A DNA stretch of 64,000 nucleotides from Rhodospirillaceae bacterium (GCA_963662375.2 CAXXRP010000008.1:7738-71737); one strand, 5' to 3'. Positions 27,172-36,707 are shown, numbered from the stretch's first letter. Made by a program: numbers and translations. The notes: generated from the letters alone by a model not told the origin.

Positions 27172-28617
27172 ATGCCTGATCCCACCCAATTCGACACCAT
27201 GAGCTATAAAGTCGCGGAAAATGGCGTCGCCTTCATCGCTATTGATTTGAAGGACCGGTCTGTGAACGTGCTGACGCCTGAGATGCATCAGGACGTTGGC
27301 AAGGTGGCCGAGAAACTGGCGACCGACGAAACCGCCATTGGTGCTGTTGTGCACTCAGGCAAGTCGTCGTTCATGGCTGGCGGCGATCTCAATCGAATTG
27401 TGCTGTATTATGACATGAACCGGTCGCCTGAAGAGGCCTATACGCAGTCGCGCACCTACACCGAATCTTTGAGAAAGCTTGAGACCTGCGGCAAGCCGGT
27501 CGCGGTCGCAATAAACGGCACGGCTCTAGGCGGTGGCTTGGAACTAGCTCTGGCCTGTCATTATCGGGTCGTGACAGACGACCCCGGATTGTTGTTGGGC
27601 TTGCCGGAAGTCACGCTCGGCCTGTTGCCGGGTGGTGGTGGTACTCAGCGTTTGCCACGTCTGATAGGCCTCAAACAGGCGGCGAATCTTATTTTATCGG
27701 GCAAACGCGTCAACCCGGCAGAGGCGGTGGAACTAGGCATAATCGACGAAGTGGTGCCCGCTGATGATCTGGTGGCTGCGGCGGAGAAATGGGTACTTGA
27801 GAAGGGCAATCCACAACAGCCTTGGGACGAGCGAGGTTTTAAGGTGCCCGGCGGTTCTGGGCTCAACGACATCAATGTTGGCAGGTTATTTCAGAAGCTG
27901 ACCGCTCAGGTGGGCGCTGATTACAGGCACAATTATCCGGCGCCAATCGCTATATTGAGGTGTCTTTTTAACGGCACGACGGTTTCTTCAATTGATGCCG
28001 CACTCAAGATAGAGACCAGGGAGTTTTCGGCGCTGACCCGCGATCCGGTGGCGCGGAACATGATCCGCACAATATTTATAAACAAAGGCAAGGCCGGACG
28101 CCCGGATGAGGAACAGCAGGAGCGCAATGAGAAGCTCAAACAAAGTTGTCAGGGAGCCTATATCCGCGAAGGACTGAGTATGGTTCGTGAGGGTGTAAAA
28201 CCGGTTCTGATTGAGAATGCCGCTTTTGCAGCTGGTCTGATGCCCGGCCCTTTGGCGCTGGCGGAGGAGCAGGCGCTTGTCGATGCGCACGCGGCGCTGC
28301 CTGAGGATGGCCCGGTCATTACGCCCGATGCCGAAGACGTGAAGCAACGCCTGCTGGGTGCCCAGGCGTTGGCGGCCGCTGAATGCTGGGAAAAAGGATT
28401 AATTGAGCCGGTTGATGCCGATCTCGCTTCCGTGTTGGGCTGGAGGTTTCCCACATATACTGGCGGCGTGATATCATACATCGACACTATGGGCTTGAGC
28501 ACATTTATAGCCCGGTGCGATCGGTTTGTCGGACAGGATGGTGTATCAGGCAGGCCATCTGACTGGTTGCGCAGAAAGGCGAAAGATCATGAGCGCATTT
28601 ATCCTTTGATGGCTTGA
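27172..28617 (+). CDS. FadB/FadJ-like enoyl-CoA hydratase with 3HCDH C-terminal domains but no NAD-binding Rossmann domain
   Basis: Crotonase core AINGTALGGGLELALACHYRV...LGLPEVTLGLLPGGGGTQRL. C-terminal 3-hydroxyacyl-CoA-dehydrogenase-C-like segments (IREGLSMVREGV...; LGWRFPTYTGGVISYID). It is only about 481 aa, and no GxGxxG dehydrogenase domain lies between the two parts. Confidence 0.75.
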   Translation: MPDPTQFDTMSYKVAENGVAFIAIDLKDRSVNVLTPEMHQDVGKVAEKLATDETAIGAVVHSGKSSFMAGGDLNRIVLYYDMNRSPEEAYTQSRTYTESLRKLETCGKPVAVAINGTALGGGLELALACHYRVVTDDPGLLLGLPEVTLGLLPGGGGTQRLPRLIGLKQAANLILSGKRVNPAEAVELGIIDEVVPADDLVAAAEKWVLEKGNPQQPWDERGFKVPGGSGLNDINVGRLFQKLTAQVGADYRHNYPAPIAILRCLFNGTTVSSIDAALKIETREFSALTRDPVARNMIRTIFINKGKAGRPDEEQQERNEKLKQSCQGAYIREGLSMVREGVKPVLIENAAFAAGLMPGPLALAEEQALVDAHAALPEDGPVITPDAEDVKQRLLGAQALAAAECWEKGLIEPVDADLASVLGWRFPTYTGGVISYIDTMGLSTFIARCDRFVGQDGVSGRPSDWLRRKAKDHERIYPLMA

Positions 28618-28889
28618 TCAACGTGCCTTAAACCATCAAATCGCCGGTAACCTGAGGGCTTGCAGAGTTTGGACTAAGCGGAGGTGTTTGTTTTTTTTAG
28701 GAGGTGATAGAATCGACAGCACTCAGGGAAAGGAGTCTCTTGAATAGCTATATTTGTAGGCGCAAAGTTGCAATAATCTTCAGCGAGTATTGGTGTAGGC
28801 GTTACAGTAACGTCAGACTGAACTGAAGAGTTAGAAAAGTTAAGCGGGGTAAGTCATCGGTAACTTATCATACGTAGGAGGACCGCCAA

Positions 28890-30170
28890 TTGGCAGCAGA
28901 GAATTTAGACGAAAGATCGGTACAAGTCATCGCCAGATTTCGCGGGTTGCTCGAGGAAGGCGCCGACCCACATGAGTGGGCCTTTTCCTGGCGCACCGAG
29001 CTTAACCGCGGCGGCTTCCCGGCGGTCGATCTCCTCATGGAGGAAGTCGTCAAGCCAGGAAAATGTGTCGGCTGCGCGGCCTGTGTCGCCATTTGCCCCG
29101 TCGATGTATTCGACTATGTGGATGAAAATCCAGTCAACGCGCGCCCTGAGGCCTGCGTCAATTGTGTCCTGTGCGCTGATGTATGCCCGGTATTGAGGCC
29201 GCCCGACAATGATCTCCCTGATTTTCTGGGGCTGCAGGAACCGGCTAAGGATGAGGGCTACGGCCCTTACGCCTATGGATTTTATGTTCGTGCCACGGAC
29301 CCCGAAATTCTGGCCAAAGGCCAGGACGGCGGCATGGTCTCTGCGCTGATCCTGCACGGGTTTGAAAAGGGCACACTGGGCGGTGCCATTCTCGGCGATG
29401 TATTGCCTGACAACAGGCAAATCGGCTACCAAAAATTGGCGCGAAACAGGAAGGACGTGCTGAGCTGCGCGGCGTCCCGATACACATACTCACCCAATAC
29501 ACTCGCGCTTCAGAAGGCAATGCGCGAGAACGTCAGCCCGCTTGCGGTTGTTGGTGTGCCCTGCCAAGTCGACGGCGTTCGATTGCAGCAAAATTCGAGC
29601 ATTCGTCTCGAAATAGCCAGATGGTACCGGGAGAATATCAGCCTGGTTTTCGGGTTGTTCTGTTCGGAAGCCTTCACCCACGAGAGCATCGAAAAACTTG
29701 GTGAAATGATCGACGTCGATCCAAAAAGCATCGAAAACATAAATATCAAGGGCAAGGTTATCGCCCGTCTTGATAGCGGAGAAACCAAAACTGTATCGCT
29801 GAAGAAGTATCGCGATTTTGCCCGACCCGCCTGTCTCTACTGTCTCGATTACGGCGGTGAAAATGCGGATATCGGAGCGGGCGGGATTGGCCTGGATGGG
29901 TGGACCTATACCTTGATTCGCACCAGGCGAGGTCACGAGGCCTTTCAAGCCGCTCTGAAAGATGGGTGGATTGAAACGCGGCCCCTCTCTGATGAGCCGC
30001 GGGGTGAGTTCCTGATGAATAAGCTTTCTGCGAATAAGAAGAAGAATCGCCCGCTGCCGGCGCAGATGCCAACCCACGCTGAACGCGAGGCAATGGGAAG
30101 CCTATGCCCAAAAACATTTTACACGACCGGTCCAGGGGCGCCGCCCCCGGATGAAGAGTCTAGGCAGTGA
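28890..30170 (+). CDS. FrhB/FdhB/FpoF-family (coenzyme F420 hydrogenase/dehydrogenase beta-like) protein with N-terminal 2x[4Fe-4S] ferredoxin domain
   Basis: Two CxxCxxCxxxCP motifs (CVGCAACVAICP, CVNCVLCADVCP). FrhB-like N- and C-domains follow: GQDGGMVSALIL, AVVGVPCQVDGVR, VFGLFCSEAF and ACLYCLDYGGENADIGAGGIG. TTG start preceded by AGGAGG. Confidence 0.85.
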   Translation: MAAENLDERSVQVIARFRGLLEEGADPHEWAFSWRTELNRGGFPAVDLLMEEVVKPGKCVGCAACVAICPVDVFDYVDENPVNARPEACVNCVLCADVCPVLRPPDNDLPDFLGLQEPAKDEGYGPYAYGFYVRATDPEILAKGQDGGMVSALILHGFEKGTLGGAILGDVLPDNRQIGYQKLARNRKDVLSCAASRYTYSPNTLALQKAMRENVSPLAVVGVPCQVDGVRLQQNSSIRLEIARWYRENISLVFGLFCSEAFTHESIEKLGEMIDVDPKSIENINIKGKVIARLDSGETKTVSLKKYRDFARPACLYCLDYGGENADIGAGGIGLDGWTYTLIRTRRGHEAFQAALKDGWIETRPLSDEPRGEFLMNKLSANKKKNRPLPAQMPTHAEREAMGSLCPKTFYTTGPGAPPPDEESRQ

Positions 30171-31969
30171 ACGCTCGCACCCAAAACCGGGAAGCCGAAT
30201 CCGGCAGAAGTCTAACAACTCGAGCCCGCGAAGACGTGACTGTGATGGTTGCCGGTCAGGGCGGAGATGGCTCACTCACGGTCATCGCTTTTCTGGCCCG
30301 GGCTCTTTCACAGCGCGGCTTATATCTTTTTCGCACCAGCAATATAGCCTCGCGCATCAAGGGCGGGCACGCCGCCGCTGTACTTCGCGGGTCTGCCCTG
30401 CGCCGTGGCTGCCTTGGAGACAAGCTCGATATCCTGGTTGCCTTTGACGATGAAGCCATTGAGAAGGCGGGGCCGTCAGTCGCCGACGATGGCATCGTTA
30501 TTTACGATGTTTCAAGAGGGCCGCTGCCGGGGGGGATTCTCCCGTCAACTGCGCAGGTGATCGAAGTGCCCTTTGGCCGGCTTGCCGTTCGTGATCTGCG
30601 GCGCGACCTATTTAAAAATTGCTTTGGCTTCGGTGTGTTGTCGCGCGTTATGGGTTTGTCGGACGATGAGGCACTCGACTGTCTCAAACACCGCTTTCGG
30701 AGACTGTCGGAAGAGGATTTGAGGCCAAACATCGGCGCCCTTGAGAATGGCCTTTCGTTCGCCGACGACCTCGGCATGACGGTCGATCATGGTTTGTTCA
30801 GACTGCCCCGTCTAGAAAAGGAAGACCGGATCGTGATTACCGGTAACGAAGCGACCGCCTTTGGATTTCTTGCCGCGGGCGGGCGATTTTTTGCTGGTTA
30901 CCCCATTACACCGGCCACGGATATCATGGACTGGTTGGGAAAGAGATTTCCACAATTTGGTGGCGTGGCGATGCAGGCCGAAGATGAACTGTCAGCGATC
31001 AATCTGGCCATTGGGGCTTCGTTTGCGGGCGCAAAAGCCATGACTGCGTCTTCAGGGCCGGGCATTGCGCTTATGCAGGAGGGTATCGGGCATTGCGGTT
31101 CGGCAGAGATCCCGCTTGTGATCGTCGATTGCCAACGCGCGGGGCCATCGACCGGTATGCCGACAAAGCCGGAGCAGAGCGATATTGGCCTAATGACCCA
31201 GGGCGCTCCGGGTGACATTCCACGCGTTGTTTTGTGTCCGGGCACTCCCGAGGAATGTTTCGAATATGGGGTCTTGGCCACGAATCTGGCGCAGGTTGCT
31301 CAATGCCCGATTTACATCGCTCTGGATGGCCTGTGCCAGTCCGCCCACATGGTGCCGGCGTTTGATCTAGATTCGATAGAAATCGACAACGGCAAAAGAT
31401 TGGACGATGCCGAGATATCGAAGCTGGATGAGTACCGCCGTTATGCGATAACCGAAGATGGCATTTCGCCCTGGGCGATCCCTGGCCAGCGCCAAGGCAT
31501 GAACCTGGTAACCGGCAACGAGCGCAATGAATGGGGGCAGGTTTCAACCGATCCGGTAAATCGCGCAGCGATGGTAGACAAGCGTGCCCGCAAGATTGAT
31601 AGCGTCCGGCATCAACTGCCACGCGCATACGAGTGGGGTGACGAGCAGGCGAACGTTGGTGTGATCTGTGTTGGCATGGTGGGAGATGTTCTTATTGAGG
31701 CCCGCGAGCGGCTGACTGGGCACGGCATAGGCCTGCGTTGCCACCGGCCGCGTACGCTGTGGCCACTTCCTGACGATACGGTGGATTTCGTCAAAAGCTG
31801 CGAGAGAGTTTATGTCGTTGAATACAACAAGGGCGGCCAATTAGCGGATCTAATCCGATCCGTCGGCGCGCCCGCAGAAGGCATGCATAGCATTCTAAAA
31901 TATGATGGTGTGCCAATGAGTGTGGCACAACTGGTCGAGGCAATCCTGGAAAAGGAGAAAGCCCGATGA
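30167..31969 (+). CDS. korA: 2-oxoacid:acceptor oxidoreductase alpha subunit (fused gamma-alpha, KorA-type)
   Basis: Gamma-like domain VAGQGGDGSL...SRIKGGH. Alpha domain ITGNEATAFGFLAAGGRFFAGYPITPATDI...AEDELSAINLAIGASFAGAKAMTASSGPG. A GTG start at 30167 overlaps the upstream stop (GTGA); ATG at 30245 is the alternative. Confidence 0.9.
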   Translation: MNARTQNREAESGRSLTTRAREDVTVMVAGQGGDGSLTVIAFLARALSQRGLYLFRTSNIASRIKGGHAAAVLRGSALRRGCLGDKLDILVAFDDEAIEKAGPSVADDGIVIYDVSRGPLPGGILPSTAQVIEVPFGRLAVRDLRRDLFKNCFGFGVLSRVMGLSDDEALDCLKHRFRRLSEEDLRPNIGALENGLSFADDLGMTVDHGLFRLPRLEKEDRIVITGNEATAFGFLAAGGRFFAGYPITPATDIMDWLGKRFPQFGGVAMQAEDELSAINLAIGASFAGAKAMTASSGPGIALMQEGIGHCGSAEIPLVIVDCQRAGPSTGMPTKPEQSDIGLMTQGAPGDIPRVVLCPGTPEECFEYGVLATNLAQVAQCPIYIALDGLCQSAHMVPAFDLDSIEIDNGKRLDDAEISKLDEYRRYAITEDGISPWAIPGQRQGMNLVTGNERNEWGQVSTDPVNRAAMVDKRARKIDSVRHQLPRAYEWGDEQANVGVICVGMVGDVLIEARERLTGHGIGLRCHRPRTLWPLPDDTVDFVKSCERVYVVEYNKGGQLADLIRSVGAPAEGMHSILKYDGVPMSVAQLVEAILEKEKAR

Positions 31970-32829
31970 CAACAAATTACAAGCCGAACCAACCGATATG
32001 GTGTGCCGGCTGTGGACATTTCGGTGTTCAGGGCGCGCTAAACCATGCCCTGAAAGCCCTGGAAATTCCGCCGCACGAAACGGTAATCCTCGCTGGAATC
32101 GGTTGTTCGGGTTCAATTCAGAATAATTTGAGCACTTACGGTTATCACGCAATGCATGGCCGTGTTCTGCCTACAGCAATCGGCACTGCTCTTGCCAACC
32201 CCGCACTTACCGTCGTCGCTTCGGGCGGCGACGGCGACGGCTATGCGATCGGTGTCGGGCATTTTGTTCATAGCCTGAAACGGAATCCTTCGCTTGTCTA
32301 TATTGTCATGAACAATGGGACCTATGGTTTGACCAAGGGCCAGGATTCACCAACAAAGGACGCACCCGATTGGGCACCGGAGGAAGACGCCCTCGATGCA
32401 ATAATGCTGGGCCTATCTATTGGCAGCTCGACTTTTCTTGCCCGTGGCTTTGCAAGCGCGCCGGAACAGCTCAACGATTTGACGATCAAGGCACTTGAGC
32501 ATGCACAGGCGGGCAGGGGCTTCGCCTTTCTTGAAGTGCTTTCGCCATGCGTCACCTACAACGACACTTATCCCCTGTGGGAGGCCATGGTTCACGACGT
32601 TGACAAGGATGCAGATTACGATTCAGGTGATAGGTCTCTGGCTTTCACAACCTGTATGCGTCTGAAAAACGATCACCGCATTCCCACGGGCTTGATTTAC
32701 CAGGGTGACCATCCGACCCTGGAAAAGGCGCTGCTGGAAGAGGGCGCGAGACCCATCGCCCAGATCGAAAGCGATATATCGGGTTACCGTCCTAAGCTCG
32801 ATGCTATTCTGGCAAGCTATCGGGTGTGA
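31966..32829 (+). CDS. korB: 2-oxoacid:acceptor oxidoreductase beta subunit (TPP and [4Fe-4S], KorB-type)
   Basis: WCAGCGHFG and GIGCSGS cluster cysteines. TPP motif SGGDGDGYAIG...IVMNNGTYGLTKGQ. ATGA overlap with the korA stop. Confidence 0.9.
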   Translation: MTTNYKPNQPIWCAGCGHFGVQGALNHALKALEIPPHETVILAGIGCSGSIQNNLSTYGYHAMHGRVLPTAIGTALANPALTVVASGGDGDGYAIGVGHFVHSLKRNPSLVYIVMNNGTYGLTKGQDSPTKDAPDWAPEEDALDAIMLGLSIGSSTFLARGFASAPEQLNDLTIKALEHAQAGRGFAFLEVLSPCVTYNDTYPLWEAMVHDVDKDADYDSGDRSLAFTTCMRLKNDHRIPTGLIYQGDHPTLEKALLEEGARPIAQIESDISGYRPKLDAILASYRV

Positions 32830-32862
32830 TGTCTGCGGGGCATAGCGCCACCTGAAAGCCCA

Positions 32863-35283
32863 TCAATTAACGACTATATTCGAATACTTCCTGGCGGGTA
32901 TATTGATTGATGGTTGAAGGGCCGGCATATCATGGTCACCGATACTGTCCTCTTCCGCCACTTCACCGTACAAAGTTGTGCGTTGCCGGGTGGGGCGCCC
33001 GACGCTGGCGGCAATCCGCGCCATTTCCGGTGCCGGCAGTTCCTGGCCGAATTCACTGCCCGCCGCGCGCGAGATAGATTCGTTCATCAGCGTGCCGCCA
33101 AGGTCATTCACCCCGGCGCGAAGGCTTAATGCGACCGCTTCCGGCCCCATCTTGGGCCAAGAGACCTGAATATTGGGGATCAGCGGGTGTAAAACCAGGC
33201 GCGCCACGGCATGCATAAGAAGTGCTTCCCTCAGCGTTGGTCCCCGCCGTGCCTGGCCCAGCTTAAAAAAAGGAGCCTCCCTGGCCACGAATGGTAGTGG
33301 TACGAATTCCGTGAATCCTCCAGTTTTTTCCTGAAGGGTTCGGATAATAAGCAGGTGTCGGGCCCAATCCCGGTAGTTGTCCACATGCCCAAACATGATG
33401 GTCGCTGTGGTTCTAAGGCCTACATCATGTGCCGCACCCATGACCGTTAGCCATTCGGCGCTACTCAGCTTGTCAGGGCATATTATCCGGCGAACCTCGT
33501 CCACAAGTATCTCTGCGGCGGTTCCCGGCAAAGAGCCCAACCCGGCATCACGTAGGGTCTCAAGGAACTGGCGAACCGGTACGCCAAGGGAAGCGGCGCC
33601 TGTGAAAATCTCCAATGGCGAAAAAGCGTGGACGTGAATCTCGGGCACAGCCTTCTTGATCGCCTTGAGGATTGCCAGATAGGTCTTGCCTGTATAGTCC
33701 GGGTGGATGCCGCCCTGCAGGCACACTTCGGTAGCACCGCGCTCGCGTGCCTCGATGGTCCGGCGGACGACCTCTTCAAGTGTCAGGTCATAGGGCCGGC
33801 CACGCAGGATCTCGCTTCCTCGTCCCTTCGAGAAGGCGCAGAAGCGGCAGCGATAGGTGCAGACATTGGTGTAATTGATATTGCGGTTGACGACGTGAGT
33901 CACAACTTCACCAACTGTCTCCGCCCGCAACCGGTCGGCAACCTCCAATACAGCCCCGGCTTCTCCGTCGCGCGCCCGGAACAGGCGTACGATGCTTTCT
34001 TCATTTAGGGCGTTGCCCGCCACTGACCGGTCGAGGATTTCATCGATGCCCCCGGATTTTAGTGCCGTCGGCCGCAGGACCGCCTGCTCGATTTCTCCAA
34101 CGCCGGGCTGGCCGGTTATCCAAATCCCATCGCGGGCGAGGCCACCAGCGTCTATGCGCTTTAGTACATGGGGACGCAGAATGGGATCGGTCCATTTTCC
34201 GAGATCGCTGATATATTCGGGATAAAGGGCAAGCCGCGGGCACAGAATCTTGCCTCTCGACTCAGTGCCCTTGCGCAGGCGTTCGATCTCTGGCCAGGGC
34301 GCTTCCGGATTGACGTAATCCGGAGTTACCGGCGAAACGCCGCCCCAATCATTGATCCCGGCGAAAATCAAATCAGGATAGGTCTTGGAAGACAGGTTCG
34401 GTGGCGCCTGAATATTCATATCCGGCCCGAGCAGAAGTCTGGCAACGGCGATCGTCCACATTAGGTCTTCGAAGCAGGGTTGCGCCTGATCCGCCATTTT
34501 GGTGCCTGCTTTAGGTTGGAATGCCTGGATAATGACTTCCTGAATGTGGCCGTAGCGGTCATGAATGTCGCGGATGGCCTTCAACGCCTCCAGCCGTTCT
34601 TCCCGAGTTTCGCCGATGCCAATCAGGATGCCGGTGGTGAAGGGTATGCGGCGTTCGCCGGCCAACTCGAGGACCCTAAGCCGCTCGGCAGGCCGTTTGT
34701 CAGGCGACCCGTGATGGGGCTGCCCCTTTTCACACAGACGCTCGGAGACGGATTCGAGCATCAAACCCTGTGATACTGAAACGGCCCGCAGCTGATCCAG
34801 CTGATTGCCGGTGACGATTCCGGGATTGACGTGGGGCAGGAGACCGGTTTCATCCAGGACGAGCCGGCACATGGCCTCAAGATAGTCGATCGTCGTAGCG
34901 TAGCCCAATCTGTCGAGGGCCTCACGTGCTACCGCGTAGCGCATCTCTGGCTTGTCCCCAAGAGTAAAGAGCACCTCGTGGCATCCCTTCCGGGCACCTG
35001 CCTGGGCGATCCTGAGAACCTGATCGGGCAACAAATAGGCAGCATCCAACTTACCAGGCGTCTGGGCGAAAGTGCAGTAATGGCACACATCCCTGCACAG
35101 GTGGGTCAACGGCACAAAAACCTTGGGAGAATAAGTAACAAGATGTCTGTGACCCCTGTCCCGAAGGCTGGATGCGGCGGCGAGAAGGGCGTCTGCATCT
35201 CCGATATCGGCCATCGTGATTTCCGCAAGATCGCTCGAATCCCGGTCAATCAGAATTGTGTTATTGCGTAAAAGTTTGTTCAT
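32863..35283 (-). CDS. fbiC: Bifunctional FO synthase (fused CofG-CofH radical SAM domains)
   Basis: Two radical-SAM cluster motifs, CRDVCHYCTF (CofG half) and CTYRCRFCAF (CofH half), within about 806 aa. Start trimmed to the ATG at 35283, which is preceded by AGGAGAGG. Confidence 0.9.
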   Translation of the reverse strand: MNKLLRNNTILIDRDSSDLAEITMADIGDADALLAAASSLRDRGHRHLVTYSPKVFVPLTHLCRDVCHYCTFAQTPGKLDAAYLLPDQVLRIAQAGARKGCHEVLFTLGDKPEMRYAVAREALDRLGYATTIDYLEAMCRLVLDETGLLPHVNPGIVTGNQLDQLRAVSVSQGLMLESVSERLCEKGQPHHGSPDKRPAERLRVLELAGERRIPFTTGILIGIGETREERLEALKAIRDIHDRYGHIQEVIIQAFQPKAGTKMADQAQPCFEDLMWTIAVARLLLGPDMNIQAPPNLSSKTYPDLIFAGINDWGGVSPVTPDYVNPEAPWPEIERLRKGTESRGKILCPRLALYPEYISDLGKWTDPILRPHVLKRIDAGGLARDGIWITGQPGVGEIEQAVLRPTALKSGGIDEILDRSVAGNALNEESIVRLFRARDGEAGAVLEVADRLRAETVGEVVTHVVNRNINYTNVCTYRCRFCAFSKGRGSEILRGRPYDLTLEEVVRRTIEARERGATEVCLQGGIHPDYTGKTYLAILKAIKKAVPEIHVHAFSPLEIFTGAASLGVPVRQFLETLRDAGLGSLPGTAAEILVDEVRRIICPDKLSSAEWLTVMGAAHDVGLRTTATIMFGHVDNYRDWARHLLIIRTLQEKTGGFTEFVPLPFVAREAPFFKLGQARRGPTLREALLMHAVARLVLHPLIPNIQVSWPKMGPEAVALSLRAGVNDLGGTLMNESISRAAGSEFGQELPAPEMARIAASVGRPTRQRTTLYGEVAEEDSIGDHDMPALQPSINIPARKYSNIVVN

Positions 35284-35543
35284 GACCTCTCCTGGATCGC
35301 TGCACTCATTTGGCTTAAGCATCCCATCTTGTTTACCGAGTTTCCGTTCGCGCGCTTTCCAGTCTTTTCGGGTTGTTCGGCGGAGTTGACATACGTTTCT
35401 TTCTAAGCGGCTTTGAATATTATTCAATATACTCAATGTGAATAGACGCGCAAGCTGCTAAGAAGCCAGACTCGAATCATATGTAGGCCTAGGGTCGAAC
35501 CTTTCCAGCTTTGAGTGTTGGAGGCAATATTAGAGGTAAGAAG

Positions 35544-36707
35544 ATGAGCCTGGATTTGAGTGAAGAAGACCGGCTATTTCGCGATATGACGCGAAAGTGG
35601 GTGGATAAGGAGTTTCCCAAAGACTGGTGCCGGAATCTGGAACGTAAAGAGTATGAATTTCCGCATGAGTTTTGGGACAAGCTTGTTGAGTACGGCGCTA
35701 CAGGCATAGGCATTCTGGAAGAATATGGTGGTCAGGGCGGGAGCATCATTACCCAGGCGCTGTTTGCTCGTGAGCTTGCCCGGACAGCTGCAGGCCTTGG
35801 GTGGATATGGGGTGTTACATCCTTTTCCGGCAGCAAGGCGATCGAATTTTGTGGCTCAGAGGACCAGAAGCGTCTTTTTCTACCTAAAATAGCCACAGGT
35901 GATCTTAAAACTGCCATGAGCTATTCTGAGCCTGGCGGTGGAACCGACCTGCTGGGCGGTATGAAGACTACCGCAAAAAAAACAGATGGTGGGTGGATTA
36001 TCAACGGCGAGAAAATCTGGAGCACACTCGCCAATGTGGCCGATTATCTCCTGCTAATGGCGCGCAGTAACAAGGATGTTGCCAAACGCTCTGACGGTGT
36101 TTCTATCTTTTTTGTACCGCGCCGGACCAGCGGTATTACCGTGACCGAAATGCCAAAGCTGGGGATGCGGGCTGCGAGTTCTTGTTCTATACATCTGGAA
36201 GACGTTTTTGTGCCTGACGAATTGCTGTTGGGGGAAGAAGGCTCGGGCTGGTATCACTCCACCAAGACTCTGAACAATGAGCGCCTCATCAACGCGGCTA
36301 GTTGTCTGGGGATGCTCGACGGGGTTATCGAAGACGCTGTCGAGCATATGAAAACGCGTCGTGCATTTGGCAAACCTATCGGGCAGTTTCAGGTGCTTCA
36401 GCATTACATCGCAGATATGGCCATGTGGCAAAAACAAGGGGAGTTGATGGTGCACCATACCGCCGCTCTGCAGACGCAAGGCCGCTCCAGCGCGATTGAA
36501 TCCGCCATGGTGAAGACACTCTGCTCCGAGTATGTCAGTAAGGCAGCCGATCTGGGGATTCAAATATTGGGGGGAATGGGTTATTCCGCCGAAACCGATA
36601 TGCAGCGCTATTGGCGCGATTCACGCCTCCTGCGCATTGGGCCGGTCAGCAATGAGATGGCCCGCAATCAGATCGCCGAGAGTTTCGGCCTGCCACGCTC
36701 ATACTGA
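35544..36707 (+). CDS. Acyl-CoA dehydrogenase
   Basis: SEPGGGTDL, GEKIWSTLA, AFGKPIGQFQ and the C-terminal IGPVSNEM. Start trimmed to the ATG at 35544, which is preceded by GAGGTAAG. Confidence 0.9.
   Translation: MSLDLSEEDRLFRDMTRKWVDKEFPKDWCRNLERKEYEFPHEFWDKLVEYGATGIGILEEYGGQGGSIITQALFARELARTAAGLGWIWGVTSFSGSKAIEFCGSEDQKRLFLPKIATGDLKTAMSYSEPGGGTDLLGGMKTTAKKTDGGWIINGEKIWSTLANVADYLLLMARSNKDVAKRSDGVSIFFVPRRTSGITVTEMPKLGMRAASSCSIHLEDVFVPDELLLGEEGSGWYHSTKTLNNERLINAASCLGMLDGVIEDAVEHMKTRRAFGKPIGQFQVLQHYIADMAMWQKQGELMVHHTAALQTQGRSSAIESAMVKTLCSEYVSKAADLGIQILGGMGYSAETDMQRYWRDSRLLRIGPVSNEMARNQIAESFGLPRSY

Noticed and set aside
28890-30170. Annotating the FrhB-like protein as a subunit of an F420-reducing hydrogenase or of formate dehydrogenase.
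   Set aside because: No FrhA/FrhG ([NiFe] large and small subunit) gene or molybdopterin FdhA gene is present nearby. The directly coupled partners are KorA and KorB.
32863-35436. N-terminal extensions suggested by the longest-ORF track. Examples are fbiC from 35436, rpsD from 55388, the acyl-CoA ligase from 19853, istB from 43052, glnS from 49081, the FadB-like gene from 27103, metF from 2522 and mlaC from 1639.
   Set aside because: The extensions are compositionally odd, overlap upstream genes, or lack homology-like sequence. Internal ATG or GTG codons with good Shine-Dalgarno sequences coincide with the expected family N-termini.
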